This document shows positions 24,300-37,949 of a stretch of DNA of 64,000 nt, in pieces; the stretch's first letter is position 1, and every line of letters starts with the position of its first letter. The translations under genes and the position numbers were made by a program. The notes beneath the pieces are model-generated. The model ran no database searches and was not told the DNA's origin. It saw nothing but the letters and a program-made list of their open reading frames with translations. This stretch comes from Squalus acanthias. Its lineage: Eukaryota. The stretch covers positions 52,638,001 to 52,702,000 of the forward strand of contig CM059440.1 of the NCBI GenBank assembly GCA_030390025.1, written 5' to 3'.

Positions 24300-27200
24300 G
24301 CTTCCAGGAGAGCAGGAGCTAAAAAGCTGCACAAGAGGGGACAGAGAACCAGCGGTGAATATTTCTACAGTATTTCTACATTCCAGTCATTAAAGTAAAA
24401 GTAAGGTCTCTAGTTTGGAGTAAGTAGTGTTTAAAGGGAAGTAAGGTCCCTAATGTATTTAATATTCTTTAATTTATAGGGAGTAAATTAAGGGTAGGAC
24501 ATGGCAGGGCAGCTCGGCAGCGTGGAGTGCTCCTCCTGTGCTATGTTGGAAGTCAGGGACACTTTAGGTGTCCAGGGCGAACACATGTGCAGGAAGTGTC
24601 TCCAGCTGCAGCTACTCGAAATCCGCGTTTCGGAGCTGGAGCTGCGGCTGGAGTCACTGTGGAGCATCCGTGAAGCTGAGATCTTCGTGGATAGCATGTT
24701 TAACAAGGTGGTCACACCGCAGGTAAAGAGTGCACAGGCAGACATGGAATGGGTGAACACCAGACAGAGTAAAAGAACTAGGAAGGTAGTGCAGAAGTCC
24801 CCTGGGTCCATCTCCCTCTCCGACAGATTTTCCGTTTTGGATACTGATGGGGGAGAGGGTTTCTCAGGGGAATGCAGAAGAGCCAAGTCCGTGGCACTAC
24901 AACTGGCTCAGCTGCACAGGAGGGGAAGAAAAAGAGTAGGAGCAATAGTGATAGGGGATTCTGTCATAAGGGGAACAGATAGACGTTTCTGTGGCCGCAG
25001 ACGTGACTCCAGGATGGAATATTGCCTCCCTGGTGCCAGGGTCAAGGATGTCACTGAACGGCTGCAGGGCATTCTGAAGGGGGAGGGCGAACAGTCAGAG
25101 GTCGTGGTTCACATTGGTACCAACGACATGGGTAGAAAGAGGGATGAGGTCCTGCAACAAGAATTTAGGGAGCTAGGTAGCAGATTAAAAAGCAGGACCT
25201 CAAAGGTTGTAATCTCTGGATTACTCCCGCTGCCACGTGCTAGTGAGTATAGGAATAGGAGGATAGAGCAGATGAATGCGTGGCTGAAGAGTTGGTGCAG
25301 GAGGGAGGGCCTTAGTTTCCTGGATCACTGGGTCTGCTTCTGGGGAAGGTGGGACCTGTACAAGTTGGACGGGTTGCACCTGAACCGGAACGGGACCAAC
25401 ATCCTTGCGGGGAGGTTTGCTAGTACTGTTGGGAGGGGGGGTTTAAACTAACTTGGCAGGGGGATGGGATACGGAGTGGATCTATTGTAGGGGGTGATGC
25501 ACAGCCAAATATAGAGGAAAAAACAAGTCAGCCTGGAGGGCAGAGCAAATATGTAACGGCACAAAGGAGTGTGGCAAGGCTGGATGGCATTTATTTTAAT
25601 GCAAGGAGTCTTGCGAGTAAGGCAGATGAATTGAAGGTGTTGATGAACACATGGGCGTATGATATTGTTGCTATCACAGAGACATGGTTGAGGGAGGGGC
25701 AGGACTGGCAGCTCAATATTCCGGGGTATAGAATCTTCAGGCGAGACAGAGGGGGGTGTAAAAGAGGAGGGGGTGTCGCAATACTAATCAAGGAGTCAAT
25801 TACTGCTGTAAGGAGGGATGATATCTTAACAGGTTCCTCTAATGAGGCCATATGGGTAGAACTTAAAAACAAAAAGGGGGCAAGCACTTTGCTGGGAGTG
25901 TACTATAGGCCCCCAAACAGTCAGGGGGAGTTAGAGGAACAGATATGTCGGCAAATCTCAGAGAAGTGTAGAAATAATAGGGTAATAATAGTAGGGGATT
26001 TCAACTTCCTCAATATTAACTGGGATAGTCAGAGTGTGAAAGGCTTAGAGGGTGCGGAATTCTTAAAGTGCATCCAGGAGAGCTTTTTGAGCCAGCATGT
26101 AGAAAGTCCTACAAGAGAGCGGGCGGTACTGGATCTAATTCTAGGGAATGTAGCTGGGCAAGTCATAGAAGTGTTAGTAGGAGAGCATTTTGGTGACAGT
26201 GACCATAATTCGGTGAGATTTAAGGTAGTCATGGAAAAGGACAAAGATGGACCAGAGATAAAGGTTCTAAATTGGGGGAAGCCCGATTTTAATATGATAA
26301 GGCAGGATCTGGCCAAAGTGGACTGGGATCAGCTACTTGTAGGAAAATCCACATCAGAGCAGTGGGAGTCTTTCAGAAAGGAAATAGAGAGAGTACAACG
26401 GCAGCATGTTCCCGTAAAGGCCAAGGGTGGGACCAACAAGCCCAGGGAACCCTGGATGTCAAGGGATATACGAGAATGGATTAGGAAAAAAAGGGAGGCT
26501 TTTGGCAGATACAAAGGACTAAAAACAGTGGAAGCCCTAGAGGAGTATAGAAAGTGCAGGGGGGTACTTAAAAAAGAAATTAGGAGAGCGAAGAGGGGGC
26601 ATGAAATAACACTGGCGGGCAAAATAAAGGAAAATCCTAAGGTGTTTTATAAGTATATTAAGGGCAAGAGGATAACCAGGGAAAGAGTAGGGCCCATTAG
26701 GGACCAAAATGGCAATCTGTGTGTAGAGCCAGAAGATGTAGGTGGGGTTTTAAATGAATATTTTGCATCTGTGTTCACTATGGAGAAGGACGATGTAGGC
26801 ATAGAAATCAGGCAGGGGGATTGTGATATACTTGAACAAATTAGTATTGAGAGGGAGGAGGTACTAGCGGTTTTATCAGGCTTAAAAGTGGATAAATCCC
26901 CAGGCCCAGACGAGATGTATCCCAGGCTGCTGTGTGAGGCAAGGGAGGAGATTGCAGGGGCTCTGACACAAATTTTCAGAACCTCTCTGTCCACAGGGGA
27001 GGTGCCAGAGGCCTGGAGGATAGCTAACGTAGTACCATTATTCAAGAAGGGTAGTAGGGATAAACCAGGGAATTACAGGCCAGTGAGCCTAACATCAGTG
27101 GAAGGTAATTATTGGAAAAAATTCTGAGGGACAGAATTAGTCTCCACTTGGAGAGGCAAGGATTAATCAAGGATAGTCAGCATGGCTTTGTCAGGGGGAG

Positions 27201-28727
27201 ATCATGTCTGACCAGTTTCCTAGAAGTAAAGGGAATTAGGGGTTACGGGGAGCAGGCAGGAAATTGGACATGAGGCTGAGTTCGGATCGGTCGAGGCCCT
27301 GTGTGGGCCTAGCGGGCCCAGGAGCTGAGTGGCCAGGTCCTGCTCCTACTTCTTGTGTTCTTTAGATTTGAGGTGAGGATCAGATCAGCCATGATCTTAT
27401 TTAATGGCGGAGCAGGCTCGAAGGGCCGATTGGCCTACTCCTGCTCCTATTTCTTATGTTCTTATGACCAATTTAATTGAATTTTTCGAGGGGGTGACTA
27501 GGTGTATAGATGAGGGTAGTGCAGTTGATGTGGTCTACATGGACTTCAGTAAGGCTTTTGACAAAGTCCCGCATGGGAGACTGGTCAAGAAGGTAAAAGC
27601 CCATGGGATCCAGGGCAATTTGGCACATTGGATCCAAAATTAGCTTAGTGGCAGGAGGCAGAGGGTGATGGTCGAAGGTTGTTTTTGTGACTGGAAGCCT
27701 GTGTCCAGTGGTGTACCGCAGGGATCGGTGCTGGGTCCTTTGCTGTTTGTAGTGTACATTAATGATTTAGATATGAATGTAGGAGGTATGATCAGTAAGT
27801 TTGCAGATGACACGAAAATTGGTGGGGTGGTAAATAGCGAGGAGGGAAGCCTCAGGCTACAGGACGATATAGACGGGTTGGTCAGATGGGCAGAACAGTG
27901 GCAAATGGAATTTAACCCTGAAAAGTGTGAGGTGATGCATTTGCGGAGGACTAACAAGGCAAGGGAATACACAATGAATGGTAGGACCCTAGGAAGGAAA
28001 GAGGATCGGAGGGACCTTGGTGTGCATGTACATAGATCCCTGAAGGCAGCAGGACAGGTAGATAAGGTGGTTAAAAAGGCATATGGGATACTTGCCTTCA
28101 TTAGCCGAGGCATAGAATATAACAGCAGGGAGGTTATGATGGAGCTGTACAAAATTGCTAGTTAGGCCACAGCTGGAATACTTTGTGCAGTTCTGGTCAC
28201 CACACTATAGGAAGGATGTGATTGCATTGGAGAGGGTGCAGAGGAGATTCACCAGGATGTTACCTGGGCTGCAGCGCTTCAGCTATGAAGAGAGACTGGA
28301 CAGGCTGGGGTTGTTTTCCTTAGAGCAGAGAAGGCTGAGGGGGAACCTGATTGAGGTGTACAAAATTATGAGGGGCATAGCCAGGGTAGATAGAAAGGAA
28401 CTTTTCCCCTTAGTAGAGGGGTCAATAACCAGGGGGCATAGTTTCAAGGTAAGGGGCAGGAGGTTTAGAGGGGATTTAAGGAAAAACTTTTTCACCCAGA
28501 GGGTGGTTGGAATCTGGAACTCACTGCCTGAAAGGGTGGTAGAGGCAGGAACCCTCACAACATTCAAGAAGCATTTAGATGAGCACTTGAAACGCCATAG
28601 CATACAAGGCTACGGACCAAGTGCTGGGAAATGGGATTAAAATAGACAGGGCTTGATGGCCGGTGCGGACACGAAGGGCCGAAGGGCCTCTTTCTGTGAT
28701 GTATAACTCTTTGACTCTATGACTCTA
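24300..28727 (+). mobile_element. Near full-length CR1 LINE (ORF1 24501-25451; ORF2 from ~25571 to 28640 with frameshifts)
   Basis: ORF1 with CxxC...CxxC, leucine zipper and GDS/GTND/DGLH esterase motifs; ORF2 APE and RT; (ACTCTATG)-type tail near 28705-28727; 5' end approximate. Confidence 0.93.
27215..27463 (+). mobile_element. Short CR1 3'-tail insertion inside the RT of the host CR1
   Basis: Interrupts KSCLT|NLIEFF; flanked by direct repeat TGACCA. Confidence 0.75.
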
Positions 28728-29579
28728 ACCTCAAAACTATCAACCCTGGGGGCTTCTTTAATTTGCACAGCTCAGCGCTACAAAAAGTGCTTGGAGACTG
28801 AGGCACTGGGGAGGTCCTGTGTCCAGCACATGTTAGGTAGTGGAGAGCTGGAAGTGATTACATGGCAGTAAACTCATAGAGGAGTTCAGATGATCTCATA
28901 AACTCCCAGAGTGAAGCTTGAGTGGTGTATAACTCTGAGATGACATTGCAGCCTTCAAATCGTTCCTATGTACCAGTATGTTTTGTGATATTCGAAATGC
29001 AGACTTCAAGGGGGTGCTTTTATTTCTTTGAGCATCCACTTCTTTGCCAACAGATGAAAACACTGATGTACCCTCCACGCTGCATTGCTGAGAGTTTCTT
29101 CCCTGAAGAATTAACCACTGCAAGTACTGAATGAGAATCAACAATCGGTATACGTATATATTACATTTCAAAGGCCAGTGGGTTATACAAAATCCAAGAA
29201 AACCAACAAACACCAAAGGCGGGGTTTACGATGATCGTGATACAAATGTCTTATGTTGTGCAATCTTGCCGTGTGTCTCACTCCAAAAGTCGTCCTCTGA
29301 ACTGAGTCACTCAGGTCCGTTCGGAAGTTGCTCTCTCCCTCCCAGGAAGTTGTATTTTTTAAATTGTTTATCTGCTGCCTGACTGGCACCTCCTACCACC
29401 TCTCCCCCAACCCCAAAATCCACCTGGTCCCTAATGCTGCTTCCTGGCACCTCCTCCCAACACTAACCGTCAACTCCTCCCTCTCTCTCCGACTCCAACT
29501 GCCGTCTCGCCTGATTGCTTCGTCCTTCACATTTCTCCATCCCAAAGTGTTGCCTCTTCGCCCTCTTCCTACATCGCTG

Positions 29580-30420
29580 ACCAACACTGGCTCCCGGTTA
29601 AGCAACACTTCAATTTCAAAATTCTCATCCTTGTTTTCAAATTCCTCCAGGGCCTCGCCCCTCCCTATCTCTGTAATCTCCTCTCGCCGCCGCCGCCACC
29701 CCCCCCCCCCCACCCACCCCCCGAGATATCTGCGCTCCTCTAATTCTGCTCTCTTGAGCATCCATGATTATAACTGCTCAACCATTGGTGGCCGTGCCTT
29801 CTGTTGCCTAGGTCCTAAGCTCTGGAATTCCCTCCCAAAACCTCCCTGCCTCTCTACCTCTCTTTCCTCCTTTAAGACACTTCTTAAAGAGAGTGTCAGC
29901 TGTGGCTCAGTTGGCAGCACACTCGCCTCTGAGTCAGAAGGTTGTGGGTTCAAGTCCCATTCCAGGGACTTGAGCACATAAATCTAGGCTGACGCTCCAG
30001 TGCAGTGCTGAGGGAGTGCTGCACTGTTGGAGGTGCTGTCTTTCGTGTGAGATGTTAAACTGAGGTCCTGTCTGCTTTCTCCTGTGGATGTAAAAGATCC
30101 CATTGCAATATTTCGAAGAAGGTTGTGGAGTTCTCCCTGGTGTCCTCGGCAAATATATATCCCTCGACCGGCATCACTTTAAAAAAAACAGATTATCTGT
30201 TCATTTTCACATTGCTGTTTGTGGGAGCTTGCTGTGTGCAAATTGGCTGCTGTTTTTCCCACATTGCAACAGTGACTCCACTTCAAAAAGTACTTCATTG
30301 GCTGTAAAGTGCTTTGGGACGTCTGGTGGTTGTGAAAGGCGCTGTAGAAATGCAAGTCTTTCTTTCTTTAAAACCTACCTCTTTGACCAAGCTTTTGGTC
30401 ACCTGCCCTAATTTCTCCTC
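29580..30420 (+). mobile_element. L2 3' remnant with a full-length Deu-SINE inserted (29893-30368)
   Basis: SINE A-box TGGCTCAGTTGG and B-box GGTTCAAGTCC; the L2 tail resumes at aaaacctacctctttgaccaagc. Confidence 0.8.
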
Positions 30421-31158
30421 ATGTGAGCTCTGTAAATTTCATTAACTGTCAATAAAATGTTTAATTTTAAATTAAAAAAAAGTAAATAGCACCCTCTTCT
30501 GGTTAAAAGAAACCTCACGCGCAGTCCCACTAGGCACCTGGAAACCAAATTTGTCAGGCATGTGCCTCCCGGCACCGAGCTGAGCGGTCGCAGGCCGTCT
30601 TTTTCTTTTTTTTCCTCCTTTATTTCTATGGGGTAATTTGGAAGATGTAGGGACTATAAAAGAGAGTTTCCACGGGTTTTGAGTAAGTGGTTCATTTTCC
30701 GTGGAAAAGCTGAAGACCGTGTATAAGGACTATGATATTACATGGTTAGATAATACCAAGTAAAAACGAGGAGTCACTAGATTGCCAATAGGACTGGCGT
30801 AAAATTGTTTTTCACTATGGGTACCTGTACTGTTAATATTATTGATTTATCTGTAAAATTTACCACTGCATTTATACTGTTAACCCTAAAGCTGTTTTTA
30901 AGGCTTTGTTTTATTGCGGCTAATGAATATCATGGATTTATTATGTAATTGAGTTGTAACAAGTACTACCATATTTAAATAAATATGTTTGACTCAAAAA
31001 AGAGAGAGCGGGCTGCAGGCGTCGCCCCCTTGAGGTTGGGAGTTCTGTGCCGGCTGCCGCTTCCAGGAGATGCGGGTCTTTTGCAGCCGTGGAAAACGAT
31101 AAAGAAATGATTTTCACTGGTCTTGTCTTGTCTTGTCAGCTGTCGAGGAGAGCAAAGT

Positions 31159-31213
31159 ATGGTGAGAAGTCTGCTGGCTGTTTTGGTGGCTGTTGAATTC
31201 GGTTTGGCTCAAG
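31159..31213 (+). CDS. B7-family leader (signal peptide) exon of duplicate B
   Basis: MVRSLLAVLVAVEFGLAQ followed by phase-1 donor AAG|gtaagt; GC-rich upstream region with an ETS-like CCGCTTCC (~31057). Confidence 0.7.
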
Positions 31214-31332
31214 GTAAGTCTTTAAATGTAACTTTTTCCTTGCACACGTTTGAATGAACGATCTACACAGTTTGAGGTGGTCTTTTCACCACTGAGCAAT
31301 GGCCCAAAGCAATAACAGTAGTTTCACTTGTA

Positions 31333-31450
31333 ATAGCAAAATACTGCAGATGCTGCAAATCTGAAATAACAGAAAATGCTGCAAATACTCAACAGGTCAG
31401 GCAGCATCCGTGGAGAGAGAGAAACAAGAGTTAACGTTTCAGGTCTGGGT
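31333..31450 (-). mobile_element. Penelope-like terminal fragment, paralogous to the 3852-3950 junction
   Basis: Shares tgctgcaaat, gcatccgtggag and caggtctggg variants with 3852-3950. Confidence 0.65.
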
Positions 31451-31699
31451 GCGGGGTGGCCGGCAGGGCCGGAGGCACCTGGCGTTCGGGTCCCGGTCAC
31501 TGCCCTCGGTGTCGGGTGCTGACGGAAGCCTCCATCAGATGCGGGATGCGGTGGCGGCGCATGTGTGTCGCGTGGGAGGCAAAGAGCGAGACTTTGCGAA
31601 CTTGTGCACAAACTTTAGTGAGAAGTTGACTGTGGGTCAGTTTGTTGAAAGAGCGGCCCGAGAGCTGACCTGAATTAAAGCAGTGGCGAGAGGATAAAG

Positions 31700-34600
31700 A
31701 GTGGATCTGAATTAAAACAGCGGTCAGGTGAGGGGAAATCTAAATGAAAAGGCAATAGAGCAGTGTAGCGATTTGGGTAAAAATAAGCAGAGTGTGACAG
31801 GAAGGGAAAGAGCAGTGCAGCAGAGAATAAGGTCCAAGCAGGAATAATGGTTAACAAATGTAAATTAAAGGCTCTTAATCTGAATGCACGAAGAATTTGT
31901 AGCAAGATAGACAAACTAGCGGCACAAAATAGAGATAAATGGGTTTGATCTAATAGCCATTACAGAGATGTGATTGCAAGGTGGCCAAGGTTGGGAACTA
32001 AATGGCTGGGAGCGAGAGAGAGAGACAGAGAAAGAGTGCGGCAGAGGAGACCCAAGAGCAGAGGCTGCAGACCTGAGTGGGAGAGAGAGACATACAATGG
32101 ACCGGTGAGTGTAAAGAAGTAAAAAGTAATCAGTGTGATGTCACCAGAAAGCAGGTAAGTAATTGGTTGGCGAGTATTTCTCTCTTTTTTCCAAACTTGG
32201 GTGTCTAAATTTAAGTGCCTTGGTGTAGATCAAAAGATATGTGTTCCAAATTTTATAATTAATTAATTGAGACGGGAGACCAGGCAATGTGTTGTTGCAT
32301 GTGGGAACTGGTGGATACCATTGAGGTCCATGGCGACCACATCTGCAGCAAATGTTGGCTGCTCGAGGAACTTCGGCTCAGAGTTGATGAGCTGGAGTCC
32401 GAGCTTCAGACACGGACGCATTAGGGAGGGGGAGCGTTACCTGGACACTAAGTTCCAGGAAGCAGTCACACCCACTAGAGTAATTATTTCCAATTTGACC
32501 CATGGTCTGGGACAGGAGGGTGTGACTACAAGCAAAGCAGGTTTTGGGATCCAGGAGGTAGTGATGGAGGAGCCTCAGCCCTTTGCCTTGTCCAACAGGT
32601 ACGAGATTCTTGCTCCCTGTGTGGACGAGGGCAGGGACTGCAGGGAGGATGAGCAATCTGACCACAGCACCGTGGTACAGGGAGCCATTCAAGTGGGGGG
32701 AGTAAAAAGAAATGTTGTAGTGATAGGGGACACTATAGTCGGGAATAGATGCTGTTCTCTGCAGCCGAGAGCGTGAGTCCCGAAGGCTGTGTTACCTGCC
32801 CGGTGCCAGGGTTAAGGACATCCCCTCTGGGCTGGAGAGGAACTTGGAGTGGGAGGGGGAAGATCCAATTGTCATGGTCCACGTAGGTACCAATGACATA
32901 GGTAGGACAAAGAAAGAGGCTCTGCTGCGAAAGTTTGAGCAGCTGGGGCTAAATTTAAAAAGCAGAACCACAAAGGTGGTAATCTCTGGATTACTACTTG
33001 AGCCACGAGCGAATTTGCATAGGGTAAATAAGATCAGAGAAATGAACAAGTGGCTCAAAGACTGGTGTGGGAGAAATGGGTTTCGGGTTTGTGGGGCACT
33101 GGCACCAGTACTGGGATAAGAGGGAGCTGTTCCATTTGGACGGGCTTCACTTGAACCATGCTGGGGCTAGAGTCCTGGCGAATCGATTAACTAGGGCTGT
33201 AGAAAGGGCTTTAAACTAAATAGCGGGGGAGAGTGTCCAGGTGAGCGGGAATTTAAAAAGTCAATGAGAAATGAGAAAACAATAGAGCAGGATAGAGATG
33301 GGGGAAATAATAACCAGAGTATGACAGGAAGGGGCAGAATGTTTAAAAGTAAGAGTGCAACAGAAAATGGGGCCAAAACAAGGAGAAATGGTAAAAAGAC
33401 AAAGTTAAAAGCTCTATATCTGAATGCACGCAGCATTCGTAACAAGATAGATGAGTTGACGGCGCAATAGATACAAATGGGTATGATCTGATTGCCATTA
33501 CAGAGACGTGGTTGCAAGGTGACCAGGGCTGGGAACTGAATATTCCAGGGTATTTGACAATTCAGAAGGATAGACAAAGGAAAGGGAGGTGGAGTGGCTT
33601 TGTTGGTAAAGGATGAGATCAGTGCAGTGATGAGAAGTGATATTGGCTCAGAAGATCAAGATGTAGAATCGGTTTGGGTGGAGATAAAAAAATAAGGGGG
33701 AAAAAGTCTCTGGTGGGCGTAGTCTACAGGCCCCCGAACAGTAGCAATACTGTTGGACAGAGTATAAATCAACAAATAATGGAGGCCTGTAAAAAAGGTA
33801 CGGTAATAATCATGGGTGATTTTAATCTCCATATTGATTGGACAAATCAAATTGGCCATGGTAGCCTTGAGGAGGAGTTCATAGAGTGTATCTGGGATGG
33901 TTTCTTAGAACAGTATGTAATGGAACCAACCAGGGAGCAGGTTATCTTGGATCTGGTACTGTGTAATGAGACAGAATTAATAAATGATCTCATAGTAAAG
34001 GATCCTCTAGGAAAGAGTGATCATAGCATGGTTGAATTTCAAATTCAGTTGGAGGGTGAGAAAGTTGTATCTCAAACCAGTGTCCTGATCTTAAACAAAG
34101 GCAATTACAATGGCATGAGGGCAGAACTGGCTAAAGTGGACTGGAAAAATAAATTAAAGGGTAAGACAGTTGAAATGCAGTGGTGGACATTTAAGGAGAT
34201 ATTTCATAACTCTCAACAAAAATATATTCCAGTGAGAGATTTTGAGAAGAGAGCACCATCCCTGGCTAACTAAGGAAGTAAAGGATGGTATCAAATTGAA
34301 AACGAAGGCATACAATGTTGCCAAGATTGGTGGGAGGCCAGAGGATTGGGCAATTTTTTAAAAAACCAGCAAAGAATGACTAAAAAAATAATAGAGAGAA
34401 GATGAATTGAGAGTAAACTGGCAAGAAATATTAAAACAGATAGTAAGAGCTTCTACAGGCATATAAAAAGGAAGAGAGTAGCTAAAGTAAATGTTGGTCC
34501 CTTAGAGGATGAGACTGGGAATTAATAATGGGAAACGGGGAAATGGCAGAGACTCTGAACAAATATTTTGTATCTGTCTTCACAGTAGAAGACACTAACA

Positions 34601-37600
34601 ACATCCCAATAATGGATAATCAAGGGGCCACAGGGAGGGTGAACTAAAGACAATCATTATCACTAAGGAAAAAGTACTTGGTAAAATAATGGGACTAAAA
34701 GACGACAAGTTCCCTGGACCAGATGGCCTGCATCCCAGGGTCTTAAAAGAAGTGGCTGCAGAGATGCATTGGTTGCAATATACCAAAATTCCCTGGATTC
34801 TGGAGAGGTCCCAGCGGATTGGAAAACCGCAAATGTAACACCCCTATTTAAGAAAGGAGGGAGACAGAAAGCAGGAAACTATAGACCTGTTAGCCTAACA
34901 TCTGTCGTTGGGAAAATGCTGGAGTCCTTCATTAAGGAAGCAGTAGCAGGGCATTTGGAAAATCATAATGCAGTCGAGCAGAGTCAGCATGGTTTTATGA
35001 AAGGGAAATCATGTTTAACAAATTTGCTGGAGTTCTTTGAGGATGTAACGAGCAGGGTGGATAAGGGTGAGCCAGTGGATGTGGTGTCTTTGGATTTCCA
35101 GAAGGCATTCGATAAGGTGCCACATAAAAGGGTACTGCATAAGATAAGAGCTCACAGAGTTGGGGGTAATATATTAGCAAGGACAGAGAATTGGCTAACT
35201 AACAGAAAGCAGAGAGTCAGGATAAATGGGTCATTTTCCAGTTGGCAAACGGTAACTAGTGGGGTGCCGCAGGAATCGGTGCTGGGACCTCAACTATTTA
35301 CAATCTACATTAATGACTTGGATGAAGGGACCGAGGTGGGGGTTGTGGGGCTGAAGGAGATTAGAGATGGGAAGGGTCGAGGCCATGGAGGGATTTGAAA
35401 ACAAGGATGAGCATTTTGAAATCGAGGTGTTGCTTAACTGGGAGCCAATGTAGTTCAGCGAGCACAGGGGTGAAGGGCGAATGGGTCTTGGTGTGAGTTA
35501 GGACACGGGCAGCTGAGTTTTGGATGACCAAATTTACATAGAGTGGAATGTGGGAGGCCAGCCAGGAGTGCATTGGAATAGTCAAGTCTAGAGGTAACAA
35601 AGGCCTGGATGAAGGTTTCAGCAGCGGATGAGCTGAGGCAAGGGCGGAGATGGGTGATGTTACGGAGGTGGAAATAGGCGGTCTTAGTTATGCTGCGGAT
35701 ATGTGGTCGGGAGCTCTTTTCCGGGTCAAATATGACACCAAGGTTGTGAACAGTGTGGTTCGGCCTCAGACAGATGTTAGGGAGAGGGATGGTGTCAGTG
35801 GCGAGGGAACGGAGTTTGTGGCGGGGACCGAAAACAATGGCTTCGGTCTTCCCAATATTTAATTGGAGAAAATTTTTGCTCATCCAGAATTGTATGTCTG
35901 ACAATTTAGACACCGTGGAGGGGTCAAGAGAAGAGGTAGTGAGGTAGAGCTGAGTGTTGTCAGCGTACATGTGGAAACTGACGCTGTGTTTTCACATGAT
36001 GTCAGCAAGGGCAACATGTAGATGAGAAATAAGAGGCAGCCAAGGAAAGATCCTTGGGGGACACCAGCAAACTATGCGGGAGCGGGAAGAGAAGCCGTTG
36101 CCGGTGATTCTCTGGTTACGATTAGATAGACACGAATGGAAGCAGGCGAGTGCAGTCCCACCCAGCTGGACGATGGTGGAGGCGTTGAAGGATGGAGTGG
36201 TCAACCGTGTCAAAGGCTGCAGACAGGTCAATAAGGATGAGGAGAAGACACAAAAAGAATACTAAAAATGGTGGGGAACCAAGGGTCTAATGAGGGTGAG
36301 GAACTTAACGTAATTAAAATAGTAGAGAAAAAGTACTAGAGAAACTAATGGGACTAAAAGCCGACAAATCCTCTAGACCTGACAGCCTATATCCTAGGGT
36401 TCTAAAAGAGGTGGCTCAAGAGATAGTGGATGCATTGGTTTTGATCTTCCAAAATTCCCTCGATTGTAGAATGGTCCCAGCAGATTGGAAGGTTGCAAAT
36501 GTAACACCGCTATTCAAGAAAGGAGGGAGAGAAAAAACACGGAACTGCAGGCCAGTTAGCCTGACATCAGTCGTCGGGAAAATACTGGAATCCATTGTTA
36601 ACGATGTGGTATCAGGGCACTTAGAAAATCATAACATGATTAGACAGAGTCAACGTGGATTTATGAAAGGGAAATTGTGTTTCACAAATTTATTAGTTTT
36701 GAGGATGTAACTAGCAGGGTAGATAAAGGGGAACCAGTGGATGTAGTAGATTTGGATTTCCAAAAGGCATTTGATAAGGTGCCACATAAAAGGTTATTAC
36801 AAGATTAGGGCTCATGGGGTAATCTAGCAGCATGGATAGAGGATTGGTTAACTGACAAAAAACAGTAGAAAATAAACGGATCTTTTTCGGGTTGGCAGGC
36901 TGTAACTAGTGGGGTACTACAAGGATCACTGCTTGGGCCTCAGCTATTCACAATCTAAATCAATGATTTGGATGAGGGGACCAAATGTAATATATCCACG
37001 CTTGCTGATGATACAAAGCTGGGTGGGAATGTATGTTGTGAGGAGGGTGCAAGGAGGCTTCAAGGGGATATAGACCGATTTAAGTGAGTGGGCAAGAACA
37101 TGGCAAATGGAATATAATGTGGCAGTTGGCCACTTTGGTAGGAATAACAGAAAAGCAGAGTTTTTTTAAGTAGCGAGAGATTGGGAAATGTTGGTGTTCA
37201 GAGGGACCTGGGTGTCCTTGTACACGAATCACTGAAAGTTAACATGCAGGTACAGCATGCAATTAGGAAAGCAAATGGTATGTTGGCCTTTATTACAAGA
37301 GGATTTGAGTATAAGAGTAAAGACGTCTTACTGCAATTATATAGGGCCCTGGTGAGACTACACCTGGAGTATTGTGTACAGTTCTGGTCTCCTTACCTAA
37401 GGAATGATATACTTGCCATAGAGGAAGTGCAACAAAGGTTCACCAGACTGATTCCTGGGCTGGGGGGATTATCCTATGAGGAGAGATTGAGTTGACTAGG
37501 CCTATATTCTCTAGAGTTTAGAAGAATGAGAGGTGATCTCATTGAAACATAAAAAATTCATACAGGGCTTGACTGGGTAGATGCAGGGAGGATGTTTCCC

Positions 37601-37822
37601 CTGGCTGGGGAGTCTAGAGCCAGGGATCACAGTCTCAGAATAAAGGGTCGGCCATTTAGGACTGAGATGAGGAGAAATTTCTTCTGAGGGTAGTGAATCT
37701 TTGGAATTCTCTACCCCAGAGGTCTATGGAGATGAGATAGAAGATCAGCCATGATCTTATTGAATGGCGGAGCAGGCTCGAAGGGCCAAATGGCCTACTC
37801 CTGCTCCTATTTCTTATGTTCT
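31700..37822 (+). mobile_element. Stack of CR1 LINEs (+; ~31700-35335 and ~36245-37822) with an L2 fragment (-; ~35340-36240)
   Basis: CR1 ORF1/APE/RT motifs; L2 YADNTQLY...NIGKTEAIVF...SRLDYSN on the minus strand. Confidence 0.88.
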
Positions 37823-37824
37823 GA

Positions 37825-37949
37825 TATTCCCAGAGGAGTTAAAACAAGGGAACGTTTCAGTGAAGCTAGACAGAGTGAGACACAGTGCATGTGCCTTGTC
37901 AGTAATGCAAAAGGAAGTGGCCAGGGCATTGTGTCTCTAATATTCGCAG
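37825..37949 (+). pseudogene. 3' half of a B7 IgV exon (duplicate of gene A) with a 13-nt deletion
   Basis: Closely matches 7494-7631 plus the donor and intron start; cagaggatgctgg is deleted; the 5' half is replaced by a CR1 tail; no IgC exon of its own follows. Confidence 0.88.

Noticed and set aside
24501-25451. Intact 316-aa zinc-finger/esterase ORF as a host gene
   Set aside because: It is the standard CR1 ORF1, in its normal position before ORF2
29900-29960. tRNA-like sequences (also ~59510-59583 and ~63490-63545)
   Set aside because: They are SINE heads continuous with SINE bodies, not tRNA genes
31450-31673. GC-rich open stretch in the intron of duplicate B
   Set aside because: No splice signals or recognisable domain; probably a repeat fragment I cannot assign
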